Below, one piece after another: positions 48,601-60,290 of a stretch of 64,000 nucleotides of DNA. The DNA comes from Basidiobolus meristosporus CBS 931.73. Its lineage: Eukaryota; Fungi; Basidiobolomycota. Position 1 is the stretch's first letter. Each line of letters begins with the position of its first letter. The translations under genes and the position numbers were made by a program. The notes under the pieces are model-generated. The model did not search any database. It was given only the letters and a program-made list of their open reading frames with translations, and was not told the origin of the DNA. The stretch covers positions 135,527-199,526 of the forward strand of contig MCFE01000044.1 of assembly GCA_002104905.1 (NCBI GenBank). Direction: 5' to 3'.

Positions 48601-51600
48601 TAGTTGCCTGCGGCGGTATTCTTGCATTGGTCAATCACGTTTTGAGGAATGTTCGGGGTGTTAGTCACCGAGCTAGCGGCACTAGTGCTGGTACCTGATG
48701 GAGAACTTGGAGCAGCCTGAGAACTAGAGGCGGAAGCAGTGGAGGTAGATATGCTGCTTGGGGACACAACAGGAGATGAGCTTGTGGATGCCAATGCGGA
48801 AGTAGTCCCGGTGCTGCTGCTGGTGCTGCTGGCGTTACTGCTAGATGTGCTGTTACTGCCAGAAGTAGGTGCAGAGCTTGAGTCAGAGCTGGAGCTGGTG
48901 GTCTGTTTAGAACATGGACCTGATACCGGTGTTCCTGGTATATTACAGGCGTACTGCACTAGGCCTTGGTAACCACAAACGTCTCCTTGAGCACAACATA
49001 TAATTTGTGGTCCATTTCCTTGGTTACAGTAGTACATGTGACCACTATTTTCGGAGTCGCAATAGTAGTAGTTGGCTGCGGCGGTATTCTTGCATTGGTC
49101 AATCACGTTTTGAGGAATCTTCGGGGTGTTGGTTACCGAGCTAGCAGTACTAGTGCTGGTACCTGATGGAGAACTTGGAGCAGCCTGAGAACTAGAGGCG
49201 GAAGCAGTGGAGGTAGATGTACTACTTGGGGACACAACAGTTGGTGAGCTTGGGGATGCTAATGCGGAAGTAGTACCGGTGCTACTGCTGGTAATGCTAG
49301 TGCTGGTGCTGCTGCTAGATGTGCTGTTACTGCCAGAAGTAGGTGCGGTGCTTGAGCCAGAGCTAGAGCTGGTGGTTTGTTTAGAGCATGGACCTGATAC
49401 CGGTGTTCCTGGTATATTACAGGCGTACTGCACTAGGCCTTGGTAACCACAAACGTCTCCTTGAGCACAACATATAATTTGTGGTCCATTTCCTTGGTTA
49501 CAGTAGTACATGTGGCCACTATTTTCTGAGTCGCAATAATAGTAGTTGGCTGCAGCGGTATTCTTGCATTGGTCAATCACGTTTTGGGGAATCTTGGGGG
49601 TGTTGGTCACCGAGCTAGCAGTACTAGTGCTGGTACCAGATGGAGAACTTGGGACAGGCTCAGAACTGGAAACTGAAGCAGTGGAGGTAGATGTGCTGCT
49701 TGGGGGCACAACAGGAGATGAGCTTGTGGATGCTGATGAAATAGTGGTGCTGGTGCCGGTGCTGCTGCTAGATGTGCTGCTACTGCCAGAAGTAGGTGCG
49801 GTGCTGGAGTCAGAGCTGGAGCTGGTGGTTTGCTTAGAACATGGACCTGATACCGGTGTTCCTGGTACATTACACGCGTACTCTACCAGGCCTTGGTAGC
49901 CGCAAACGTCTCCTTGGGCACAACACATAACTTCTGGTCCATTTCCTTGGTTACAGTAGTACATGTGGCCACTATTTTCCGAGTCGCAATAGTAGTAGTT
50001 GCCATAAGCTGTATTCTTGCACTGGTCAATCACGTTTTGAGGAATCTTAGGGGTGTTGGTTACCGAGCTAGCAGTACTAGTGCTGGTACCAGATGGAGAA
50101 CTTGGGACAGGCTCAGAACTGGAAACTGAAGCAGTGGAGGTAGATGTGCTGCTTGGGGGCACAACAGGAGATGAGCTTGTGGATGCTGATGAAATAGTGG
50201 TGCTGGTGCTGGTGCTGCTGCTGCTGCTAGATGTGCTGCTACTGCCAGAAGTAGGTGCGGTGCTGGAGTCAGAGCTGGAGCTGGTGGTTTGCTTAGAACA
50301 TGGACCTGATACCGGTGTTCCTGGTACATTACACGCGTACTCTACCAGGCCTTGGTAGCCGCAAACGTCTCCTTGGGCACAACACATAACTTCTGGTCCA
50401 TTTCCTTGGTTACAGTAGTACATGTGGCCACTATTTTCCGAGTCGCAATAGTAGTAGTTGCCATAAGCTGTATTCTTGCACTGGTCAATCACGTTTTGAG
50501 GAATCTTAGGGGTGTTGGTGACCGAGGTAGCAGTACTAGTGCTAGTACCAGATGGAGAACTTGGCACGGCCTGAGAACTAGAAACCGAAGCAGTGGAGGT
50601 AGATGTGCTGCTTGGGGGCACAACAGGAGATGAGCTTGTGGATGTTGATGAAATAGTGGTGCTGGTGCTGGTGCTGCTGCTAGATGTGCTGCTACTGCCA
50701 GAAGTAGGTGCGGTGCTGGAGTGAGAGCTGGAGCTGGTGGTCTGTTTAGAACATGGACCAGATACCGGTGTTCCTGGTACATTACACGCGTACTCTACCA
50801 GGCCTTGGTAGCCGCAAACGTCTCCTTGGGCACAACACATAACTTCTGGTCCATTTCCTTGGTTACAGTAGTACATGTGACCACTATTTTCTGAGTCGCA
50901 ATAGTAGTAGTTGCCATAAGCTGTATTCTTGCATTGGTCAATCACGTTTTGAGGAATCGTAGGGGTGTTGGTGACCGAGCTAGCAGTACTAGTGCTGGTA
51001 CCTGATGGAGAACTTGGGAGAGGCTCAGAACTGGAAACCGAAGCAGTGGAGGTAGATGTGCTGCTTGGGGGCACAACAGGAGATGAGCTTGTGGATGCTG
51101 ATGAAATAGTGGTGCTGGTGCTGCTGCTAGATGTGTTGCTACTGCCAGAAGTAGGTGCGGTGCTGGAGTCAGAGCTGGAGCTGGTGGTCTGTTTAGAACA
51201 TGGACCAGATACCGGTGTTCCTGGTACATTACACGCGTACTCTACCAGGCCTTGGTAGCCGCAAACGTCTCCTTGGGCACAACACATAACTTCTGGTCCA
51301 TTTCCTTGGTTACAGTAGTACATGTGGCCACTATTTTCCGAGTCGCAATAGTAGTAGTTGCCATAAGCTGTATTCTTGCACTGGTCAATCACGTTTTGAG
51401 GAATCTTAGGGGTGTTGGTGACCGAGCTAGCAGTACTAGTGCTGGTACCAGATGGAGAACTTGGCACGGCCTGAGAACTAGAAACCGAAGCAGTGGAGGT
51501 AGATGTGCTGCTTGGGGGCACAACAGGAGATGAGCTTGTGGATGCTGATGAAATAGTGGTGCTGGTGCTGGTGCTGCTGCTAGATGTGCTGCTACTGCCA

Positions 51601-52613
51601 GAAGTAGGTGCGGTGCTGGAGTCAGAGCTGGAGCTGGTGGTCTGTTTAGAACATGGACCAGATACCGGTGTTCCTGGTACATTACACGCGTACTCTACCA
51701 GGCCTTGGTAGCCGCAAACGTCTCCTTGGGCACAACACATAACTTCTGGTCCATTTCCTTGGTTACAGTAGTACATGTGACCACTATTTTCTGAGTCGCA
51801 ATAGTAATAGTTGCCATAAGCTGTATTCTGGCATATGTCAATCACATCTTGTGGAATCTTGGGGGTGCTTGTCACTGAGCTTGAAGTACTAGTGCTGGTA
51901 CCAGATGGAGAACTTGGGAGAGGCTCAGAACCGGAAACCGAAGCAGTGGAGGTAGATATGCTGCTTGGGGACAGAACAGGAGATGAGCTAGGGGATGTTG
52001 TGGAGACGGTGCTACTGGTGCTGCTGCTAGATGTGCTGCTACTGCCAGATGTAGGTGCGGTGCTGGAGTCAGAGCTGGAGCTGGTGGTCTGTTTAGAACA
52101 TGGACCAGACACCGGTGTTCCTGGTACATTACACGCGTACTCTACCAGGCCTTGGTAGCCGCAAATGTCGCCTTGAGCACAACACATAATTTCTGGTCCA
52201 TATCCCTGGTTACAGTAGTACATGTGGCCACTATTTTCTGAGTCGCAATAGTAGTAGTTGCCATAAGCTGTATTTTGGCATATGTCTATCACGTTTTGAG
52301 GTATCTTGGAGCTATCCATCACATAGCTATCACCACTGGTGCTCGAACTGGCAGCTGAGCTAGAAGGATAGCTGCACACTGGATTAACTCCATTATCATG
52401 GCAAACTTGACCTGCGGGACACGCCTGCGGAGACCATTCTCCATTAGTGCACTCACCGATACTCTGTGAGTCAAGGCATTTGAAGGCTCCTTCAGTGCAC
52501 TCGACGGTGCTCCTAGCCACCAACTGATTGTGGCCTTGAACCGGGGGCTGCGGTAGTGCAACACTCGTTGACGTAAGAGCAATGCCTGCTATTACTGTAG
52601 TAGCAAAACGCAT
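36640..52613 (-). CDS. Giant intronless secreted mucin/adhesin-like repeat protein with CBM19-like and 8-Cys modules (about 5,324 aa if a 1-nt indel near 37077 is repaired)
   Basis: The 5213-aa ORF starts MRFATTVIAGIALTSTSVALP. A second frame continues with the same composition (SEIHKPSHSNEPSRPESQPT) into a terminal 6-Cys domain ending CDWA*. The span is 15,974 nt; adding 1 nt makes it divisible by 3. Confidence 0.85.
37255..37750 (-). repeat. Coding tandem repeat, 42-nt unit (SEGHNSQKPTEPAK), about 12 copies
   Basis: GTTGTGACCCTCCGA (or a 1-nt variant) recurs every 42 nt from about 37260 to 37722. Confidence 0.95.
37760..42900 (-). repeat. Coding tandem repeat, 327-nt (109-aa) unit: 14 near-identical copies plus 2 diverged flanking copies
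   Basis: TETQYVTKVVVDNNSGSPIATS recurs every 327 nt (one unit of 324 nt). The end copies read TETKYITKVVIDNN and TETKYVTKVVVDNN. Confidence 0.95.
42975..46590 (-). repeat. Coding tandem repeat, 42-nt unit (HSSEEHKPTESKAP) interspersed with HSSVEPKSPKSKAPR variants; roughly 85 units by length
   Basis: GGGCTTGTGTTCTTCGCTAGAGTGGGGAGCCTTTGATTCAGT and variants repeat continuously. Confidence 0.95.
46660..47900 (-). repeat. Coding tandem repeat, 75-nt (25-aa) Ser/Thr/Val unit: 15 copies plus 1 degenerate
   Basis: GGCGAAACAACTGG at 46714, 46789, 46864 ... 47767. Two unit types are present (VVSSTTTT and IVSSVAST). Confidence 0.95.
47950..52310 (-). repeat. Ten tandem ~450-470-nt units, each an 8-Cys module plus a Ser/Thr linker
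   Basis: YYYCDSENSGHMYYCNQG occurs 10 times (near 48100, 48570, 49040, 49510, 49965, 50425, 50880, 51325, 51780 and 52230). Confidence 0.95.
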
Positions 52614-53259
52614 TGTTGTTACTCCGAAGTGATTGCACCAGTAGCATTAACAATGCTTTTATATGGAGGTAGTTGAATTAATTGGGAAACCGCAATTTTC
52701 GAAATTCGCCGATGGCTACTAGAACATCGAGATCCGGAGATTCGTGTTGGTTGGTATCTGTTTATCAAGATCTAAAGGAGAATTTTCGGTGAAATGTGAC
52801 GTATTCGCCAGACTCTCTTCTCGTGGTTTCGACTTATTAACGACACTACGAATGAAAATTTCCTATTATTTTGCCACTATCGCCATCGAGAAAATGACCG
52901 TCATATTTACTGTTTCTGATCATGCTTGTCCTGTTTCGTGTTCGTAAAATCATTGGTGGCAGGTTCCTTCCGCTAGAATTCTTATATCATTAATATTTTG
53001 TTACGCTTCAACTACCCTGAGAATATTCGACCAAATTACCCGATTTGTAAATCCACTAAAATTGAACATCCAACGAAACAGCTTGCCCTCTAATCTCTTT
53101 GCGACAATGATAGGTCATTTGTAAAGACAGTCCCTCTGCCTCCCACGTGAAGATAGCGTTACAAAAGAGGATATTTTATTGTACCTTGATTGACTATAAA
53201 GATTTCATACCTGCCTTTTAATCTAGAAAATGATATCCATCGGATGTGATTACCCGGGA

Positions 53260-56150
53260 ATATTTGCTAAGCATTGACCACTTAAAATAGCGCATTGGCC
53301 ACTAGAGAGCTATGACCATTGAAAAAAGGTATCAGCCTCCCCAATCATAGTATACTTGATTCTAGAATGATCCGAGAATCAAGCCAAACAATATTGTGCC
53401 CAATTTTAATATCAAAATCTTGCCTATTTTACGAGTCTACTACAAGGGATACTTGGTCAACTTATAGATGATGACAAAACGCTCTATATGGCTTGGCATC
53501 TCATTGCCTGCTACCATAAGTGGGGACTGATAGAAACACAATTAGGAAGATCTGATATAACCTTTATACCAGTCAGGTCACTTTATCGCTCGGCCTACTG
53601 GATCAGGATATTATTGCATAGTGTGCCTTGAACACACGAAGTGTAGGTGCGCTATTGCTTGGGTGTACTCATTACAATTTCCCAGCCACGTTCGGAGTAA
53701 TATTCATCATCACCTTGGAGGTAGGTTTAGTGTAGTTCATACGTACTTCATTGGCTATTTAAAAATCCTACGGGCTGGATTGAGTTTCCTTAAGAATACG
53801 CATCAGTAATGAAAATCAAAACTTTTGGGGTCCCGCATTCAATCATTTAGAATAAACATCAAAATTAATAATTGCCATATTTAGTATACATTTTCAAGTT
53901 CCACCTTGTTTCGTATTACTATCACTCCGGAGAAACACTCTATCACTTGTGATCACCATAGATAGCATTGTCAAAATGTTGTCTAGATGTTACAACCAGA
54001 ATTGTTGGCTATTTCTATCTTGGAAATTGGATATTTTTGTGCTGCACTCCTTTCTATCATCGTTATTCATGGGGAACAAAGATGCAAACACAGATCAGAA
54101 CCTAGTGGACACAAGCATGTTTCTCACTGTTGATGCTTGCTTGAACAGAACTATTTATGATATTTTATAAGTCAGAGCACAGAAACGGGTTATAAAGCTC
54201 ATGCCGGCTGGTATTACCAGGAGTACATACTAATTGTAGACAACTTAAACTTTGGCCGTTACAGAGTAATGACCGTTGAACGAAGAAATTGACCTCCCAA
54301 ATTATAGGATTTTAATATTGAAAATTTCCCTTTTTTACGGCCATATTGATGCTGGTGATTGGCTGATTTTGGAGGCACTTTGCCAGAGCCAGACAGATTT
54401 GATTGGCTATAATAGATTCCTAAAGACTGGGTCGAATTTCCGTCAAAGGAAGCGCTGAAGATCAAGGCTTGCTCATTTGCTTAAGATAAACATATCAGAT
54501 GGAATCCGTGCTTCGCAATAACCATTTTAGGTGATGGTTTTCGAGTTCACGAACTCCTACTTGGAACCTACTATTTCCACGAAAAGTTGAAGATTGTTGG
54601 TCCACACATGCATACAGCTATACGTACATACAATTCGACATTCTCACTGATCCATATGATCATGAGATATGCAACTTTTATTACTAACTTGTTCATATCT
54701 TATCCATCAGGTGACTGATCCATTTTTATCTAACCAAAAGGTGCCATACATGCCTAACCCGTTTGCATCCACGCATGTAATGAGATATTCCATGTGTTGC
54801 AAATACTCTACTTCCCTGATTTCACGGTGGTGAAAATGGTTACGAATCATATGTAAATGTAGTATTGTTCGGGTGGAGTATCACGTTACTATTGATCTGT
54901 ATGTGCATCGGGGTTCGGATTATACCCTATCCCTTGTTGCCACTAAAGATAGCAATGTGAGAATGATGTCTAGATGTTACGGTGGCACGAAGAGGAATTC
55001 CAGACTTTTTCTATCTTGGGAATTGTGCATATCTTCTGCTGCATTCCCGCCAATCGCCAACTATTCAAACTGTTATTGAACCATCCCTCCCACGTTCTCC
55101 TTTAGCCGATGCTGGTTGTGAGTTCCATGGCTCGAACGTATCTCCCAGTTCAGCTTTGGAGAGTGGCTATAATTGCGAAGAGACTAGAGGGAAGAAGCGA
55201 AGCATGCACAAGTTGAGACCCGGGGTGCGAATAGGCTTATCAATTATTGATGTGTACTTGAATAGAACGATTCTACTGAACATAGAAATCGGTTTTTGGG
55301 GGTCTTCACGATATTTTTAATTGTTATTGATTACCTGGAAAGCATGCTGAGCGTTGACCACTTAAAAAACGCATTGGCCATTTTAAAGCAACAACTGTTG
55401 AAAGAAGGGAATTAGCCTCCCAAATCATGGCAAATTCGATTCTAGAACGATACAAAATTGCGCCATAAAACTATTATGCCTAATTTTTAATATCGAAATC
55501 TTACTTATTTTACTGGCCCTATTACAGGGGATGATTGGCCAGCTTGTGGTTCATGATACAATGCTCTATATGGCTTGACATCTCATTGCCTACTACCGTA
55601 AGGGTGGCTGATAAAAGCACAAGTGGGAAAGGTCTTCGAGTCAGTTGATCACTATACCTACTGCATCAGAGTAGTGTTGGGTTGTGTCACACTAGGCTCA
55701 AGTTATGCTTTAAATATAAGAGAAACTGCTGTGCTATTTCTCCGGGAGATCCATCAAGTTTTCCCTGCCACATTCGGGAGATTACTTGACATTATCTGGG
55801 AGGGAAACATTTCGTTGAAGCCTAGAAGACCTAATTGGCCACTGAGAACTTCCTACAGACTGGATTGAGTTTCCTTAAAAATACGAACCAGTGAAGATTT
55901 TCCACGTTTGACTGTTCCAGTTCTCATTTACTTTAAATAAACATATCAGATGGAATCATTCTATCACCATGCCATATTTGGTATGAGTTCTCGAGTCTAT
56001 GAACTCCCAAGTTAAATATGATCTTTCCACTAAAGGTTGGAGGTATTTGTCTACGCATACACGTACCTATCATTTCTACAGTTCCCTTTGATTGAAATAT
56101 ATGCACCTTGCACTACTAATTCGTACATATCTTATCTAACCAATGAATGC
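53260..56150. repeat. Degenerate head-to-tail triplication of a ~1.0-1.1 kb unit
   Basis: Shared anchors: GACCACTTAAAA..CATTGGCC at ~53275, ~54238 and ~55355; GGATTGAGTTTCCT at ~53776, ~54430 and ~55862; AAACATATCAGATGGAATC at ~54489 and ~55939; GTCTAGATGTTAC at ~53981 and ~54968. Confidence 0.75.
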
Positions 56151-59100
56151 CAAACAAGTATTACCCATTTGTGTCTAGAGATACAAAAGTAACATGTGAG
56201 AAGTGCGATTTACTAGCAAGCATGTTACCCAGACCACTATGTCTACTGTCATGAAGATGGGTACGAATATCATGGAAATCTACTCTGGTTCCAGTGGAGT
56301 TTCGCATTACTGTCCGACCATTTGTGCATTGGGCAGTCGGGAAAACATTACCCCAAGTTGTCACTATACATATCGAGGTTAGCGTGATGCGTAGATGTCA
56401 TAAAAAGAATTCCCAACCAATTGACTATCTCGGGAGTTGATGTGGTTTGCTCTTGCTGCTTCAATCACAATCATCCATCATTTTGCTGGCTATCCGAGTT
56501 GTTAATGAAGCATCATTCCCATTTGTTCTTTCGGTTGTGAAACAAGAACGGTTGGTTTCTTACACTCCACGATCTCATGTGGCTCCAGTGGCTAAACCAG
56601 GGTGACCGGGACCTTCCTTGCTGTTGAAGGATGCTCTCAGATCTGGCGTAGATCGGATGCTCGGGAGATCGTCTCTGGCAGTATTTGGAGTAGTGCGTGG
56701 AAGGCTGAAGGGAATAGTCGGTTATGTAACACGTGAGCATGTACTCGCATTAATTTTGGGTTTCAACTTGACAAGCTAGCAAGTAAATGTCAACGTCATC
56801 TAAACATTACGATACATTTCCTAGCTGTAAATATTTACCTGGTATATAGTTCACAAGATACTGGCGAATTCTGTGGAATTGTGGAGGCCCTGAAGATCAT
56901 CGAAATGCTCTGGTTTGTCGAAATGACCCAAACACAGTAAATAGCTCATGGTTTCCGATTAGAGGTTTCTTGACGGTTTGGTATACTGCGCTTAGGTAGT
57001 GGTACAACGCCGATGAATCTTGCCTATTATGTTTAAGCGCAACTGTTTGTATTCTAGTGTCCCATGAAGAACCAGTCTGCATTGTGCTATTTACATTAAC
57101 CCCATTCCAGTTGGTAAACTCTGCCTCGTGACTGGGACCTGCATGATACCCTACGTAGCAGAGTTCAAATTGACACACTCTCTAGTAACAGTCATTTTCA
57201 TGGAGGAATTGCGGCAAATCACGATTACACACTCTTTTGTGTTCGCGGGAACGTCAAGAGAAACACTTGGAGTGTAGGTATCGTAGCATATTAAGAAAGG
57301 CTCTAGGCAGTTTGTATGATATCGCAGAGTGGAATAACCATTCTGAGACAAAAGGAAGGTAATTTACTTCGAAACCTGGACCTGCTCGATACTTTACGTT
57401 GAATCTTTATTGCGATTGGCATTAGCAATGCTCAGGCTATCACGCTTTTTGTTCATAATTGTGAAAACCTGGCGCAATAATGTAAGTTGGATATTTAACG
57501 TCTTAATGACAGGCAAAACTTGGATATACATGTACCCCCTCCAAGCACACGAGCTGCTGACTGAGTGATGACGATTTGGGGCTATTTACCGCTCAGGCTG
57601 ATAGAAGATTAATCGATAACTCGTGCTTGGTCGAAGCTAGGTCGAGTTGGATAATGCATTGATTTTGCTGGAAGAGTGTCCTTTGATGTTGTACAACGAG
57701 GTATATGATGATTGAAGATAGGGAGCATCGAACCCTTGCAATCCCGAGAATCCGGACTGCTCACCCGAATCACCTTTCCTCTGTTGACAACTGGCACACA
57801 TGACTTGAGGCGGAAGTGTTCTGACAGGCCAATTTTTCAGCACTGTTCGTTTGTGCAAGCCACCCGCAAGTTACCGAATGGGATAGCCGAGATTACTTTC
57901 AAACAAGCAGCGGTGGAAGCTAGCAGGAGGAAAGAAAGCCGCATGACTGGCTGGTGGAGCCTCATGCAAAATTTCCAAATTTATATCGCCTTTTCGATGC
58001 CACGCAATTAGGCCTCGTTCATAGCACTAGCTACATGCAAGCTAGAATAATAGGCATTGAAATACTATTTAGCCTATCTGCCTTACGTATCACAATTTTG
58101 CTTCTTCGTACTTTATACGAACACTATACAGATAAATTTGTTGGGGCTGTTTTAACATTGGGCAGGCCAGAACCCAACCATCGATGAGCAAATTCATACT
58201 GCAAGGATCAACAGTCGATCCAATCTGATATGGAGCATTGATTGCTTGATATTCTCTGGAAGGAATAATACCCTTAGTTTAACCAGAGGGGTTACCTATA
58301 TAAGTATGACGCTCCTTGTTGCACTTTGTATTGTTACTACACTTAGCATCCGCACCAACTACTATAAAATAATTGGTGAAAGGGGCATTAGCCATTTCAT
58401 GGGAGGAATGAAACATAATGGTATTCATTGCTTTGACTTTTATCCAGTGAAGCAGTTTCAAGCTTATGGGCCAATCAATCCAATGCACCATGGTGTGTCG
58501 TCTCTTTTGTCTCATGAATGTTCTCACAATCCATATGAAGTCTTGCCACCAGTGAGGGAAGCTCTCAATGGGCGGTACAGAGTTTGGAAAATCTGTTTGG
58601 TGCTATTCCACTATAGCGTAAAGCTAGTATTTGCAACAGTATTGACGCTCTCAACCATGCTGAAGCTGTACTCTCGCATTGCCGCAGAGAATGGCTATAG
58701 GCGGATCAAAGACATCCATACCAACTCAGCGGTTGAAATTCATGGAATGATGTAGATTTGTGGACCGCTATGGACCCAGTATTGGGTGCCTAGAAGTCGA
58801 ATCTCCTGGCTACCACTGGAAATAATGCCGAGAACCCTGCTCTCTGGGTATCTGGTCGATAAGTCCTAATTCCCAAAAAAAATGTTGCCGTTGATGGTCT
58901 ATTGGCCGAACCTGGGGATGAAATTTGATGTTTCACAAAGATTTCTGGAACAAGCCACCCAATTGCGGGCACTGCACTAACTGATACTCACCATCTCTAT
59001 ATCCCACTGGGTTGTAAGCCATTTGTTTTATTGTTGCTCACGTACACATCAATGAAATTAGGCCAACATGATGAAAAAGTATTATAGTGCATCATACCAA

Positions 59101-59354
59101 GGTTTTCATGCTTTGCGCAGCTCCGGTATGATAATCTGCACTTTTTCCTACTACAAACAAATATTGAGGCCTTGTGCTGGAATAGGGTTTGGGGAAATCG
59201 TTACCAAAAAGTGATCCGTTTTTTTCAAGTCAAAACAAAGAAACAGTAGCCTCCTAACCAAAAAGTCAAGAGAAGGGGCATTGGATGACTAGGTATTCCG
59301 CCCCAACTAAATATTAATTATTGTTATTGAACCAATACAAACAGATTTATACTA

Positions 59355-59695
59355 ACTCTGAAGGTTTACCAAGCGCTGTTTGCTTTTGCATACACTACTT
59401 TCAATCTTTACACATTGGGTGGCCTGGATTGCAATTGCACGAAAACTCAACCTTGGTGCCTGTGACATTAGCAGATCTTGCGTGGTAATCTGCGGGGATC
59501 TTCAATCATCGACAAACAAGTGTGGTTTTAATCACTTCTGAGTTGCCTCTGCCTACTATAGCCATCACCGTGAGTCATAGCACCACCTTCGCCGGCGTAA
59601 TCCTTCGTGTTTTATCCGCGTTCAAGATCGGCTGCACTCACCATGGACATGGCAGAAGCTGCGAGAAGAAGTCTGACTGAAGAGATTTTTGTATT
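59355..59695 (-). pseudogene. Possible relic of a small secreted Cys-rich protein gene
   Basis: TATAAAT at 59732-59738, then a signal-like KISSVRLLLAASAMSMVSAADLERG* lacking an initial ATG. A shifted frame gives FSCNCNPGHPMCKD*K*CMQK with internal stops. Confidence 0.3.
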
Positions 59696-60290
59696 GAGCA
59701 GTTGATTTGCTGCATTCGGATTCAACTCGCCATTTATAGCCTTTCAATGTCTCAAATAGGCATGGTTTCCGTTGATCCCAGGAGCAACATTTAGGGATTG
59801 TGTGTGTTACAAAACTTCCGTGAGTCAGGAACTATAAATACCATCCAAAGAATCATTTACATTATGCACGATCTCGTCGGATCTTCCTTTAGGGTGTAGG
59901 TGCTGTAGCAAAGGTTAGAAATTGATCGTAAATGAGTGCTGCAAATGCAAGATGGGGTACTAATGGATATTCTCATAGCCTCTAAGAGCCACGCTGACTC
60001 ACCAGACTTCCCAAGAAAAAAATTCTTGATTTTTACAATGTTTGGGGCTAAAATGAACAATTCTTAGAGTTATGGTGATATGGAAGTCACTAAAGTAGAC
60101 AAAATATAGAGGAGGGGAGGAAAGTCATCATGACAGTAAAATCTTAACTTTGCTAAGTAGTTACAAAAATCACCAAGGCTAAAAAATATAGAAGCCAGCT
60201 AAGAGTTTCAATTTCCTAAGTAATTAATTATACTTAAACTTGGTTTCTTGGGTAATATTGCACTGAGCTAAATGAAGTACTTCTTGAGAG

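Noticed and set aside
37473-51711. Long plus-strand ORFs (725, 489, 428, 426 and 394 aa and others), some Leu/Val-rich or LRR-looking
   Set aside because: They are antisense shadows of the coding tandem repeats. Stop-free frames arise from the repeat's codon use, and there is no independent start or domain evidence.
56161-58187. Scattered 60-100-aa ORFs in the gene desert
   Set aside because: No domains, no consistent splice pattern, and lengths expected by chance.
58246-58755. 169-aa plus-strand ORF with a hydrophobic stretch
   Set aside because: No ATG at the listed start, no recognisable motif, and it lies in degenerate sequence; it cannot be supported as a gene without a homology search.
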